From: an uncultured virus (IMG/VR IMGVR_UViG_3300042145_000066)
Lineage: Duplodnaviria; Heunggongvirae; Uroviricota; Caudoviricetes
Length of the DNA: 20,000 nucleotides
Direction: 5' to 3' (one strand)
IMG/VR virus record: IMGVR_UViG_3300042145_000066
In this document: positions 8,425 through 15,541 of the stretch, piece after piece
How the letters are laid out: each line of letters begins with the position of its first letter
Position numbering within the stretch: the stretch's first letter is position 1
The notes under the pieces: model-generated
The model's database searches: none
What the model saw: the letters and a program-made list of their open reading frames with translations, nothing else
What the model was told of the DNA's origin: nothing
Program-made: the position numbers and the translations under genes

Positions 8425-9078
8425 ATGGAACCCGACTCCCCAGACCTCCTCGCGCCCGTGGGCGGGGGAGGCGCCCTCGTCGGCTATGCCCGCGTCAGCA
8501 CGAAGGGGCAGAAGCTCGACCGCCAGATCGCCTCCCTCAAGACTGCCGGATGCCAACGAATCTTCAGTGACAAGAAGTCCGGCAAGAACACGGAACGCGA
8601 AGAACTCTGGAAGGCTCTCGACTACTTGCGTGAGGGCGACACTCTCGTCGTCCCGTCGCTTGACCGCCTCGGCCGGTCCATCCAAGATCTGATCGCCATC
8701 GTCGCCGGCCTCCGCGAGCGCGGTATCGGCTTCCGCTCCCTGCACGAGGCCCTCGACACCACCACGCCTGGCGGCCGGCTCGTCTTCCACGTCTTCGCAG
8801 CACTCGCCGAGTTCATCCGCGAGCTCATCGTCCAAGGCACGCACGAAGGGCTCGCCGCGGCGCGAGCCCGGGGGCAACGACTGGGCCGACCGCCTGCCAT
8901 GACGGAGGAGCAGATTCGCCACGCCCGGGCGATGCTCGCCGATCCCGAGGCGTCGATCACTTCGATTGCCAAGCTCCTCGGAGTCTCCCGGATGACCATC
9001 TACAAGTACGTTCCCGAACTCGCCGCGGGGCGTGCCTCCCTCGTTTCGACTGAGCAGCGCATGGAGATTCCTAAGTGA
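8425..9078 (+). CDS. Small serine recombinase (resolvase/invertase family), 217 aa
   Basis: GYARVST catalytic Ser motif, LDRLGRS, GRP linker and C-terminal HTH (ITSIAKLLGVSRMTIYKY); start reassigned to ATG 8425. Confidence 0.93.
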   Translation: MEPDSPDLLAPVGGGGALVGYARVSTKGQKLDRQIASLKTAGCQRIFSDKKSGKNTEREELWKALDYLREGDTLVVPSLDRLGRSIQDLIAIVAGLRERGIGFRSLHEALDTTTPGGRLVFHVFAALAEFIRELIVQGTHEGLAAARARGQRLGRPPAMTEEQIRHARAMLADPEASITSIAKLLGVSRMTIYKYVPELAAGRASLVSTEQRMEIPK

Positions 9079-10505
9079 CCGACGCAGCAACCGGCACGAT
9101 CTACGCTCTCGTCGACCCGCGCGACGGTGCGGTTCGCTACATCGGCCAAACCACCAAGACTGTCGCGGAACGACTTGCGGGCCACATTGCCAGGCCTGCG
9201 CCTCGCGTAGGCGTATGGATCAGTGAGCTTCGAGAGGTGGGGCTTGCTCCGTTCCCCATGGCGCTCCGGCATGACGTTCCCGTCGCGGACCTGCTGGCCG
9301 TGGAGAGGGAGGAGATATCGCGCAGGATTCTCGCCGGCGAGAGGCTGCTGAACGCTGTGGTTCCGGGAGTCGGGCGGCGGGTGCTCGCTCATCGAGTCGA
9401 AGCGGACCGCCTCGTTTCCGAAGCTCAGACTTGGGGAGAGGTGGCGGACCTCGTCCGCAGTGCCATTGGCGGCCCGATGCCGCCACGCGATCTGCCGCTG
9501 GTCCCGGTCAGTGAGCGAGCATGGCGGGCCTACCAGGAGACGTTGCGGCTGGCGTCCGAGCCGGAAGACGAAAGGACTCCCGGCGATGACAATCACCTCT
9601 CAAAGAGCGCTCGTGCATACCTCGCCCGCGCCACTGCGGGCGACGAGCTATGGAACGCCACCGGCGGAGCATGGATCAAGCTCACGAGCATGGCGCGCAA
9701 GGATCTCAGCGAGAAGCTAGAAGTCTGCATCAGTCTCGCCGTGGACCGAGAGTGGAAGAACCGGCAGGACCTATCCCGCTACCTGACGCTCGTACCTTGG
9801 GCCTTGGTGGCTGTTACCCCATGGGCGGACCTGGCCCAGCGTGCAGGAATCGACTCGGCGGGAGAGTTCGCGGACTGGGTATCCGAAGAGCCGGCGGCTC
9901 GGGAGGCTCTCTCCTTCCTGGCGACTCATGGAGGCGACTTCTTCGTCGGCCTCAAGGCCCCGAATGGCCATCACAGGAGGCCTACTGCCGCCTTCGCCTT
10001 GAGTTCGATGGCGGCGGCGCATTGTGGTTTCGAGCTTCCCCAACTGCTGCATCGCGACGCCGCACGGGCGCTCGGAGAGATAGCCAAAGACCGGCAGCTC
10101 ACTGCCCCGATGGCTGACCTGCTGGACCGGTTGGACCCGAAGTCCCTCGATGTCGCGTTCGGGCCGGACATCGCGCGAGATCTAGACCGGCAACTCGATC
10201 TTCAGCACGGAACCGCGCTTCGCGTCCTGTCGGCTCTGTTGAAGGACCCCAGGACGGGCCATCTGGGACGACTAGACGACGTGGTCACGCGCGCCAGCAA
10301 CGCATTGCCGACCGTCCCGGCGCCGGACTACTGGCGCTGGAACGGCGACGAGGTGCCCATCCTGGTAGGGATCGTTGGCCGCCTTGTGGAAATCGGCGAG
10401 ATGCCGCCACCGCGGGATCAGGGGAAGTCAGAGTTCCTGGACGAGGTTCGGTCGTTGTGGCGGGTGGATGACCGCTTCGAGAGCCGGTCACGATCTGCGG
10501 CATGA
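9075..10505 (+). CDS. GIY-YIG-like nuclease domain fused to large unknown helical region (476 aa)
   Basis: N-terminal TIYALVDPRDGAVRYIGQT...ERLAGH...E...LLN pattern; GTGA overlap with the resolvase; visibly more A/T-ending codons than flanking genes. Confidence 0.8.
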   Translation: MTDAATGTIYALVDPRDGAVRYIGQTTKTVAERLAGHIARPAPRVGVWISELREVGLAPFPMALRHDVPVADLLAVEREEISRRILAGERLLNAVVPGVGRRVLAHRVEADRLVSEAQTWGEVADLVRSAIGGPMPPRDLPLVPVSERAWRAYQETLRLASEPEDERTPGDDNHLSKSARAYLARATAGDELWNATGGAWIKLTSMARKDLSEKLEVCISLAVDREWKNRQDLSRYLTLVPWALVAVTPWADLAQRAGIDSAGEFADWVSEEPAAREALSFLATHGGDFFVGLKAPNGHHRRPTAAFALSSMAAAHCGFELPQLLHRDAARALGEIAKDRQLTAPMADLLDRLDPKSLDVAFGPDIARDLDRQLDLQHGTALRVLSALLKDPRTGHLGRLDDVVTRASNALPTVPAPDYWRWNGDEVPILVGIVGRLVEIGEMPPPRDQGKSEFLDEVRSLWRVDDRFESRSRSAA

Positions 10506-10512
10506 GCGCGAC

Positions 10513-10547
10513 AACACCCCCGCAGCCGTTTTGGTTGCGGGGGTGTT
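10513..10547 (+). terminator. Terminator hairpin after the resolvase-nuclease operon
   Basis: AACACCCCCGCAGCC-gtttt-GGTTGCGGGGGTGTT, 15-bp stem with one G:U pair. Confidence 0.8.
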
Positions 10548-10719
10548 CTGCTGTCCGAGGACTCAGCAGCAGACCGCGTCGCTCACCCATGCCTCCCCAA
10601 CGGCGGCGCCGAGCGGGTCCCCCACGCCCCCGAGGGGGTCGCTGCGAACGAGGCAGGCCGCCCGGACGCGGTAGGCGGAAGACGACCGTCCTGTCAGGAG
10701 GTCGTGCCACACTGGCTTT

Positions 10720-10751
10720 GCCCCGCCTCGCATCCCCCGTCGAGGCGGGGC
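10720..10751. terminator. GC-rich hairpin upstream of ku
   Basis: GCCCCGCCTCG-N10-CGAGGCGGGGC, 11-bp perfect stem. Confidence 0.6.
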
Positions 10752-10821
10752 TTCGCTGTGTCGCGGGACGGCTGGCCTGCTCGTAGGCTGATCCTGCTCG
10801 GGGCTGTCGCGGAGGTTCCTC

Positions 10822-11724
10822 ATGCCCCGAACCATCTGGAACGGCGCTATCTCGTTCGGCCTGGTGACGGTGCCGTGCAACGTCCAATCGGCTACCGAGA
10901 GCCACAGCATCCAGTTCCACCAGTACCACCTTGAGGACATGGGCCGGGTACGGGTGCGGAAGGTGTGCGAGCTGGAGGACCGCGAGGTCTCCCAGTCGGA
11001 GATCGGCAAGGGCTACGAGTACGCGAAGGACCAGGTCATCGCCGTCACTGATGAGGACCTAAGCAATCTGCCGCTGCCGACGGCGAAGGCCATCGAGATC
11101 GCAGGCTTTGTGCCCCTGGAGTCGATCGACCCGATCCGCATCGGGGAGGGCTACTACCTGGCGCCGGCCGGGCAGGTCGCGGCCAAGCCGTACAAGCTGC
11201 TGGTGCAGGCGCTCGGCCGGTCATCGAAGGTGGCGGTCGCCCGCTACGCGTGGTCGGGCCGGGAGCGGCTGGGCCTGGTCCGGGTCCGGGATGACGTGCT
11301 GGTGTTGCATGCGATGCGCTGGCCGGACGAGATCCGTGACCCTGCCGAGCTGCTGCCCGAGCCGGTGGAGCTGACGGGCGAGGAGATCGACGGCGCGATG
11401 GCGTTGATGGAGACGATGACCCGCGACAGCCTGGAGGGCCCGGAGTTCCAGGACGCGTACACGGACGCGCTGGCGGCGATCATCGAGGCGAAGCGGGAGG
11501 ACAAGCCGCTGCCTGAGGCGCCGGAGCCGGAGAAGCCGGGCCAGCTGGTCGACCTGATGGCGGCCTTGCAGGAGTCCGTACAGAAGGCGAAGGAGTCCCG
11601 CGGGGAGGACGCCGACGTGCACGAGATGCCGAAGAAGAAGACCGCCGCGAAGAAGACGGCGAAGAAGGCTCCCGCGAACGCTGCGGCGCCGGCGAGCAGC
11701 TGTGGCGGGCCTACCAGGAGATAA
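10822..11724 (+). CDS. ku: Ku DNA end-binding protein (NHEJ family)
   Basis: MPRTIWNGAISFGLVTVP, IGKGYE, LHAMRWPDEIR, LVDLMAALQESV and Lys/Ala tail; GGAGG RBS; possible -10 TAGGCT at 10784. Confidence 0.96.
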   Translation: MPRTIWNGAISFGLVTVPCNVQSATESHSIQFHQYHLEDMGRVRVRKVCELEDREVSQSEIGKGYEYAKDQVIAVTDEDLSNLPLPTAKAIEIAGFVPLESIDPIRIGEGYYLAPAGQVAAKPYKLLVQALGRSSKVAVARYAWSGRERLGLVRVRDDVLVLHAMRWPDEIRDPAELLPEPVELTGEEIDGAMALMETMTRDSLEGPEFQDAYTDALAAIIEAKREDKPLPEAPEPEKPGQLVDLMAALQESVQKAKESRGEDADVHEMPKKKTAAKKTAKKAPANAAAPASSCGGPTRR

Positions 11725-11762
11725 GCGAAGCCGCATACCGGCGGCTCGCCGACGACAGGTAA
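11673..11762 (+). pseudogene. Probable 3' remnant of a deleted small gene overlapping the ku end
   Basis: Alternative frame reads RERCGAGEQLWRAYQEISEAAYRRLADDR-stop with no start codon, beginning where the Ku Lys/Ala repeat breaks off. Confidence 0.5.
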
Positions 11763-11900
11763 CCCTCGGTAGGTCTCGACCAAGCCGCGGATCGCAGGCC
11801 AGAGGATCAGCGGCGGGTTACAAATCCACGCGGGGTGCACAGAATCCGCGCAGATATATGCAACGGACGCACTCCCCGGCGGGGGGCCCGTCAGGTTGAC

Positions 11901-12182
11901 TCAGATCCGGTCGGACGGCCCAAGCCCTGCCGTGGGGCCGTCAGTTCTGAGGAGGTCGGCGATGGTCACACCGAGGACCCGGGCGATGCGGAGCAGCGTC
12001 TCGAGCGAAGGGTTCGCCTGGCCGGACTCGATCTCCTGGTAGAAGCTCCGGGCTAGCGGGATCGCGAGGTAGACCGTCTCCTGCGTGAGGTTGCGGTCTA
12101 TGCGCGTGTCCCGGATGGCTTTGCCGATGCGGCGTCGTTCGGAAGAGAGCCACGCGTCATCGGCGGGAAGGTCAGATGGCAC
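11901..12182 (-). CDS. XRE-family HTH transcriptional regulator
   Basis: IGKAIRDTRIDRNLTQE...YQEIESGQANPSLETLLRIARVLGVTIADL. Confidence 0.92.
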   Translation of the reverse strand: MPSDLPADDAWLSSERRRIGKAIRDTRIDRNLTQETVYLAIPLARSFYQEIESGQANPSLETLLRIARVLGVTIADLLRTDGPTAGLGPSDRI

Positions 12183-12217
12183 TCGACAAACCGTCTGACC
12201 ACAGTGATCATTAGTCA

Positions 12218-12234
12218 GCCCGGTGACACCGGGC
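12218..12234. promoter_or_regulatory. Palindromic candidate operator upstream of the XRE gene
   Basis: GCCCGGTG-A-CACCGGGC, perfect 8-bp inverted repeat 36 nt upstream of the XRE start. Confidence 0.55.
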
Positions 12235-12344
12235 CTTTTCCGATCTTGAATAGGGAAGACGGACGGGTCGTCAGTCCCCGTAGAGCTGATGGAAGCCCTT
12301 ACGGGACCGCCACCAAACCCCCCACGAACAGCCCTGCGACGTCA

Positions 12345-12397
12345 TGGCATATGCCGCAGGGCTCGATGTATTGTCCAGAAATCGAACGCACGTTCCC
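12345..12397 (+). promoter_or_regulatory. Rightward promoter with actinobacterial LexA (SOS) box
   Basis: TGGCAT-N18-TATTGT followed by TCGAAC-GCAC-GTTCCC (12382-12397), against consensus TCGAAC-N4-GTTCGA; palindrome GGCATATGCC (12346-12355) overlaps the -35. Confidence 0.68.
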
Positions 12398-12505
12398 CCG
12401 AAAGGGTGAACCACCGCCGGCCCGCGCATTCCGTTGAACCAGGCGGGAATCAGGGCACACGCGCCCCCGCGCACACCAGGCCGGCCGCGACACCGGGAGA
12501 CGGAG

Positions 12506-12735
12506 ATGGACCGCGAGCAGATCCTCGACCTCTACGAGTGGCAGCAAGGAACCTGCTTCCGGCACCCCGGTCGCGGCCATGTGCCAACCGCGGTCGTCGG
12601 CCGCGCGCCAGTGACGAGCGCGAGGTCCGCGCCTGCGCCGACTGCGTCATCGCCATGGAAGACATAAGGCGTGAGGAAGCCGCCCGCACGGGGAGCGACT
12701 ACGAGCCGGGCCACCTGGGTGAGGTGCTGCAGTAG
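12506..12735 (+). pseudogene. Frameshifted small protein with CxxH...CxxC zinc ligands
   Basis: MDREQILDLYEWQQGTCFRHPGRGHVPTAVVG in one frame (GGGAG RBS) continues as PRASDEREVRACADCVIAMEDIRREEAARTGSDYEPGHLGEVLQ in the -1 frame at about 12600. Confidence 0.72.
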
Positions 12736-12774
12736 CGAAGTGGGCTGGTGGCGAGCGTGGGCGAGGATCCTCCT

Positions 12775-13143
12775 CGGGGAGGATCTGGGGAGCGGAGCCC
12801 GGCGGGGAGTGTCTGGGGAGGGCAAGGAACTCGCACCGCGTGAAGTATGCGGTAAGTACCGGTCACTACAAGTATGCAGGTCAGGGCTACTTGGCGAACT
12901 CGGCAATGACGGGACCCCAGGTGGCACGGGCCTGGCCTGGCAGAACACGGCCTACAACCAGCCTCCGCATCCGAGCTTCTTCATCGGCGACGGCATGCCG
13001 ACGGCACCCCGGCCGACGGTGTACACACCCTGAGGCGCTGACCTGGAAAAACTCGCCCCGACAAGATCGGTAGCGGCGGCCTGTGCCTACACGCTACGGG
13101 CCGCCGCCTTCTTGATCGTCGCCACCGGGGAGAATCTGGGGAG
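12775..13143. other. attP region with three arm-type direct repeats
   Basis: CGGGGAG-NN-TCTGGGGAG at 12775-12792, 12803-12820 and 13126-13143, flanking a host-gene fragment, immediately downstream of the integrase. Confidence 0.85.
12926..13033 (+). pseudogene. 3'-terminal fragment of a rhamnogalacturonan lyase (PL11, YesW/YesX-like) gene: att core plus replacement segment
   Basis: TGLAWQNTAYNQPPHPSFFIGDGMPTAPRPTVYTP-stop matches the recalled PL11 C-terminal signature AWQN-x-x-YNQPPH-x-SF; upstream frame is unrelated. Confidence 0.85.
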
Positions 13144-14488
13144 ATCCATTTAGAGAGGGAGCCTCAGGCGCCTCATCCGTCTCTGCCAGTTCGCCGGTCA
13201 TGAACCGGCCGATCGCCTCCCGGCCCCGGCTCCCGGACTTCGGCATGAAGTGCACGTAAGTCCTGAGCGTGAACGCCGGATCGCTGTGACCCAGCCAGGC
13301 GGCCAGCTGAGTAATGGTCTCACCCTCGGCCAGAACAACGCTAGCGAACGTATGCCGCAGTACGTGGAAGCCGAACTCGCGGGGCATCTCCCACTCTTCC
13401 TTGCGCCACGGCTGCTTGCCCTTCTTCGGCTCGAACCACGTGACCGTCGGCGGCGGGATGAGGCCGGCGTCCCGCAGGGCGGGCTTCCACTGCCGGTCGT
13501 TGAACGTGTCGCGCGTGACCGCACCGCCGTTCACTCCGCCGGTGAACCGCGTGGTTACCAGGAGCCGAACCGTCCGGCGGGGGCGGGCTTCCCACTCGAG
13601 GCTCGGCCGGTCCGGATCCACCCACGGGAGGCTCACCTCGACCGTGGGGAAGCGGTTGGCGTACTCCTTGACAGCCTCCGTCAACTCGGGAGCGCAGGGC
13701 GCCACACGCTCCTTGTTGCCCTTCGGCGGAGCGAAAGCGAACCGACCCTTCACCTTGATGATCTGACGCACGATGTTGATGTCTTCGCCGTCGATGTCGT
13801 CCGGGGAGAAACCGAACGTCTCACCCTGCCGCAGACCGGCCCCGACAGCGAGGTCCGCGAGGATCCGGTACCGCTCGGGCAGGGCGAGCCGCACTGACCG
13901 GACTGCTTGCTGCTCCCAGGCGAGGGCCTTCGACTTGGGCAGCCGTGGCGCTCTGAGGTCGTCGTCGCGGAGCGGGTTCACCGGAATCCGCTTGGCCTTG
14001 TGCGCCGCCTGCATGATGGTCGAGAAGTGCGCCCAGGTGACGACCAGGGTCCCGACGTCGATGCGCTGTTCCGCCCACGTCTGCCAGGCCCGGATTTCCT
14101 CGAACCCGATCCGGTTCAGGGACAGCCTGCCGGCGTAGGGGAGGATGTGGTTTGAGACCTTCGACCAGACGGACGCCTTGGTGGTGGGCGGGTAGCGCGT
14201 CGTCGGCCACCAGTGCGTGCGCACGTAGTCGTCGAGCGTGATGGATCCGTCGCGGGGGTCGTACCAGTCACCGCGCCCACTGTCGGTCTGAGCATCGGCC
14301 AGCCACTTCTTCGCTGCAGCCAGCTTGCCGTCAGGGAAGGACCGAGAGCGCACGCCGGGAATGCCGGTGACCTTGTACCGCTTCCCCTGGCCATGCCGGT
14401 CGGTCGGGACCCGTGTCGGCTTCTGCTTCGGATCGTCCGGGTCCGGCGGACCCTTCTTGTACCAGCGGTCTTCGACATATCCGGGCAA
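13094..14488 (-). CDS. int: Tyrosine integrase
   Basis: GLRQGE (Arg), HVLRHTFAS, LGH and TLRTYVH (Tyr); TTG start; N-terminal arm-binding region. Confidence 0.96.
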   Translation of the reverse strand: MPGYVEDRWYKKGPPDPDDPKQKPTRVPTDRHGQGKRYKVTGIPGVRSRSFPDGKLAAAKKWLADAQTDSGRGDWYDPRDGSITLDDYVRTHWWPTTRYPPTTKASVWSKVSNHILPYAGRLSLNRIGFEEIRAWQTWAEQRIDVGTLVVTWAHFSTIMQAAHKAKRIPVNPLRDDDLRAPRLPKSKALAWEQQAVRSVRLALPERYRILADLAVGAGLRQGETFGFSPDDIDGEDINIVRQIIKVKGRFAFAPPKGNKERVAPCAPELTEAVKEYANRFPTVEVSLPWVDPDRPSLEWEARPRRTVRLLVTTRFTGGVNGGAVTRDTFNDRQWKPALRDAGLIPPPTVTWFEPKKGKQPWRKEEWEMPREFGFHVLRHTFASVVLAEGETITQLAAWLGHSDPAFTLRTYVHFMPKSGSRGREAIGRFMTGELAETDEAPEAPSLNGSPQILPGGDDQEGGGP

Positions 14489-14504
14489 GGTCGCCCCCGT
14501 TCGT

Positions 14505-14948
14505 TCAGACCTGGCTCATGGGCTCCGGGCTGTTGTCGATGATCTCACCGGCGTACAGCTGGAACCACTGTCCACCATCAAGGTGTTGCTTCGTGGCCGG
14601 GTTCATCGCGGCGGCGAACTGGACGGTGTCCAGAGCAGGGTCGATGTGGACGCTGACGAGACCCTTGCGTTCCTTCACGCATACGGGATAGTCCTCCTCC
14701 TGCTCGAGGAGGTACTCGATCCGCAGCGGGCAGCCCGGCGAGTCGCGGCCGACGATCTCGTCCTTCCACAGCTGGAACCAGTGGGAGGACGACATGAGGT
14801 GATCGATCTCGATGTTCAGTTGCCGCACGACGTCGGCCAGCGGAGCGTGCTTGTCGAGACGGACGCGGATCTTGCCGCGGTCTTCGTCTATCTTCGCCAG
14901 TCTCCCCGGCATCAGGTCGTCCACTGCTATGTAGGCGACGTCAAGCAT
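14505..14948 (-). CDS. Hypothetical 147-aa protein made of two tandem ~70-aa repeats
   Basis: ATG 14948 with GGGGAGGG RBS; halves end in HWFQLWKDEIVGRDSP and QWFQLYAGEIIDNSP. Confidence 0.8.
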   Translation of the reverse strand: MLDVAYIAVDDLMPGRLAKIDEDRGKIRVRLDKHAPLADVVRQLNIEIDHLMSSSHWFQLWKDEIVGRDSPGCPLRIEYLLEQEEDYPVCVKERKGLVSVHIDPALDTVQFAAAMNPATKQHLDGGQWFQLYAGEIIDNSPEPMSQV

Positions 14949-15106
14949 GGGCCCTCCCCGCGTTGCAACGGTGCACTCTGAGCCAGAACGGCCGGATGTG
15001 CACGGTTGGTGAAGAGTACGTCTACGCGGAGTCGTCGACAATCCGTTGAAGAAAAGTCTACAAACGGACATTCACGATCAGTTGACAGAGTGTTGGCGCC
15101 TGTCGC

Positions 15107-15541
15107 CTACTCGTCGACCTCGCGGCGAGCCTGCTCCTCGGCCTCGATCATCCGCCGCCAGCGGCGCTTGTCGGCGGGAGACTGGCCGGCCAGGTGGGCG
15201 ACGATGATGCGCACGTCCTCGTCGTAACCGCTGAGCTCTGTCGCCTCATACATCAGCCACTGCTTGGCTGCCGCCGCCTTGACGATGCGCAGAGGCCGGC
15301 CGATGGCGTTGGCGATGGCCTGCATCTGGGCAGGGGTGGGCGGGTTGACGGGCGGGTTCCTGACGAGCTTCTGCAGGTTCTGCTTGTAGTAGCGAGTTCC
15401 CGTTCCTGAGTCGACGGCGCGGTCGGCCATGTCCTGGTAGGAGAGTCCGCCGTCGTTGGCGTCCTGAATGAGCTGGGAGAGGGCGCCAAGGGTCGAGGCT
15501 GCGGCCGTTCCAGGGTCTGGTTCGGTGGCCGGGGCCGTCAT
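15107..15541 (-). CDS. Probable immunity repressor (divergent HTH), 144 aa
   Basis: GLSYQDMADRA...LQKLV...PTPAQMQAIANAIGRP; divergent from the cro-like gene and upstream of int; ATG 15541 with GAGGA RBS. Confidence 0.78.
   Translation of the reverse strand: MTAPATEPDPGTAAASTLGALSQLIQDANDGGLSYQDMADRAVDSGTGTRYYKQNLQKLVRNPPVNPPTPAQMQAIANAIGRPLRIVKAAAAKQWLMYEATELSGYDEDVRIIVAHLAGQSPADKRRWRRMIEAEEQARREVDE

Noticed and set aside
2625..9078. Invertase-driven tail-fibre shufflon
   Set aside because: The recombinase is more than 4 kb from the tail genes, there is no inverted alternative tail cassette, and its binding sites cluster upstream of its own gene
8279..10560. Tn3-family transposon
   Set aside because: No transposase and no matching terminal inverted repeats or target duplication seen
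12590..12615. Programmed -1 ribosomal frameshift
   Set aside because: No X XXY YYZ slippery sequence; a deletion or sequencing error is simpler
12759..12820. CRISPR array or G-quadruplex from GGGGAG repeats
   Set aside because: Too few and too short, with no spacer structure; better explained as integrase arm sites given the third copy at 13126
12671..13033. 120-aa ORF as a real gene
   Set aside because: The N-terminal part runs through arm repeats and looks non-coding; only the last 35 codons are a host-gene fragment
12840..13090. tRNA gene as att core
   Set aside because: No cloverleaf or T-loop GTTCRA signature; the core is protein-coding
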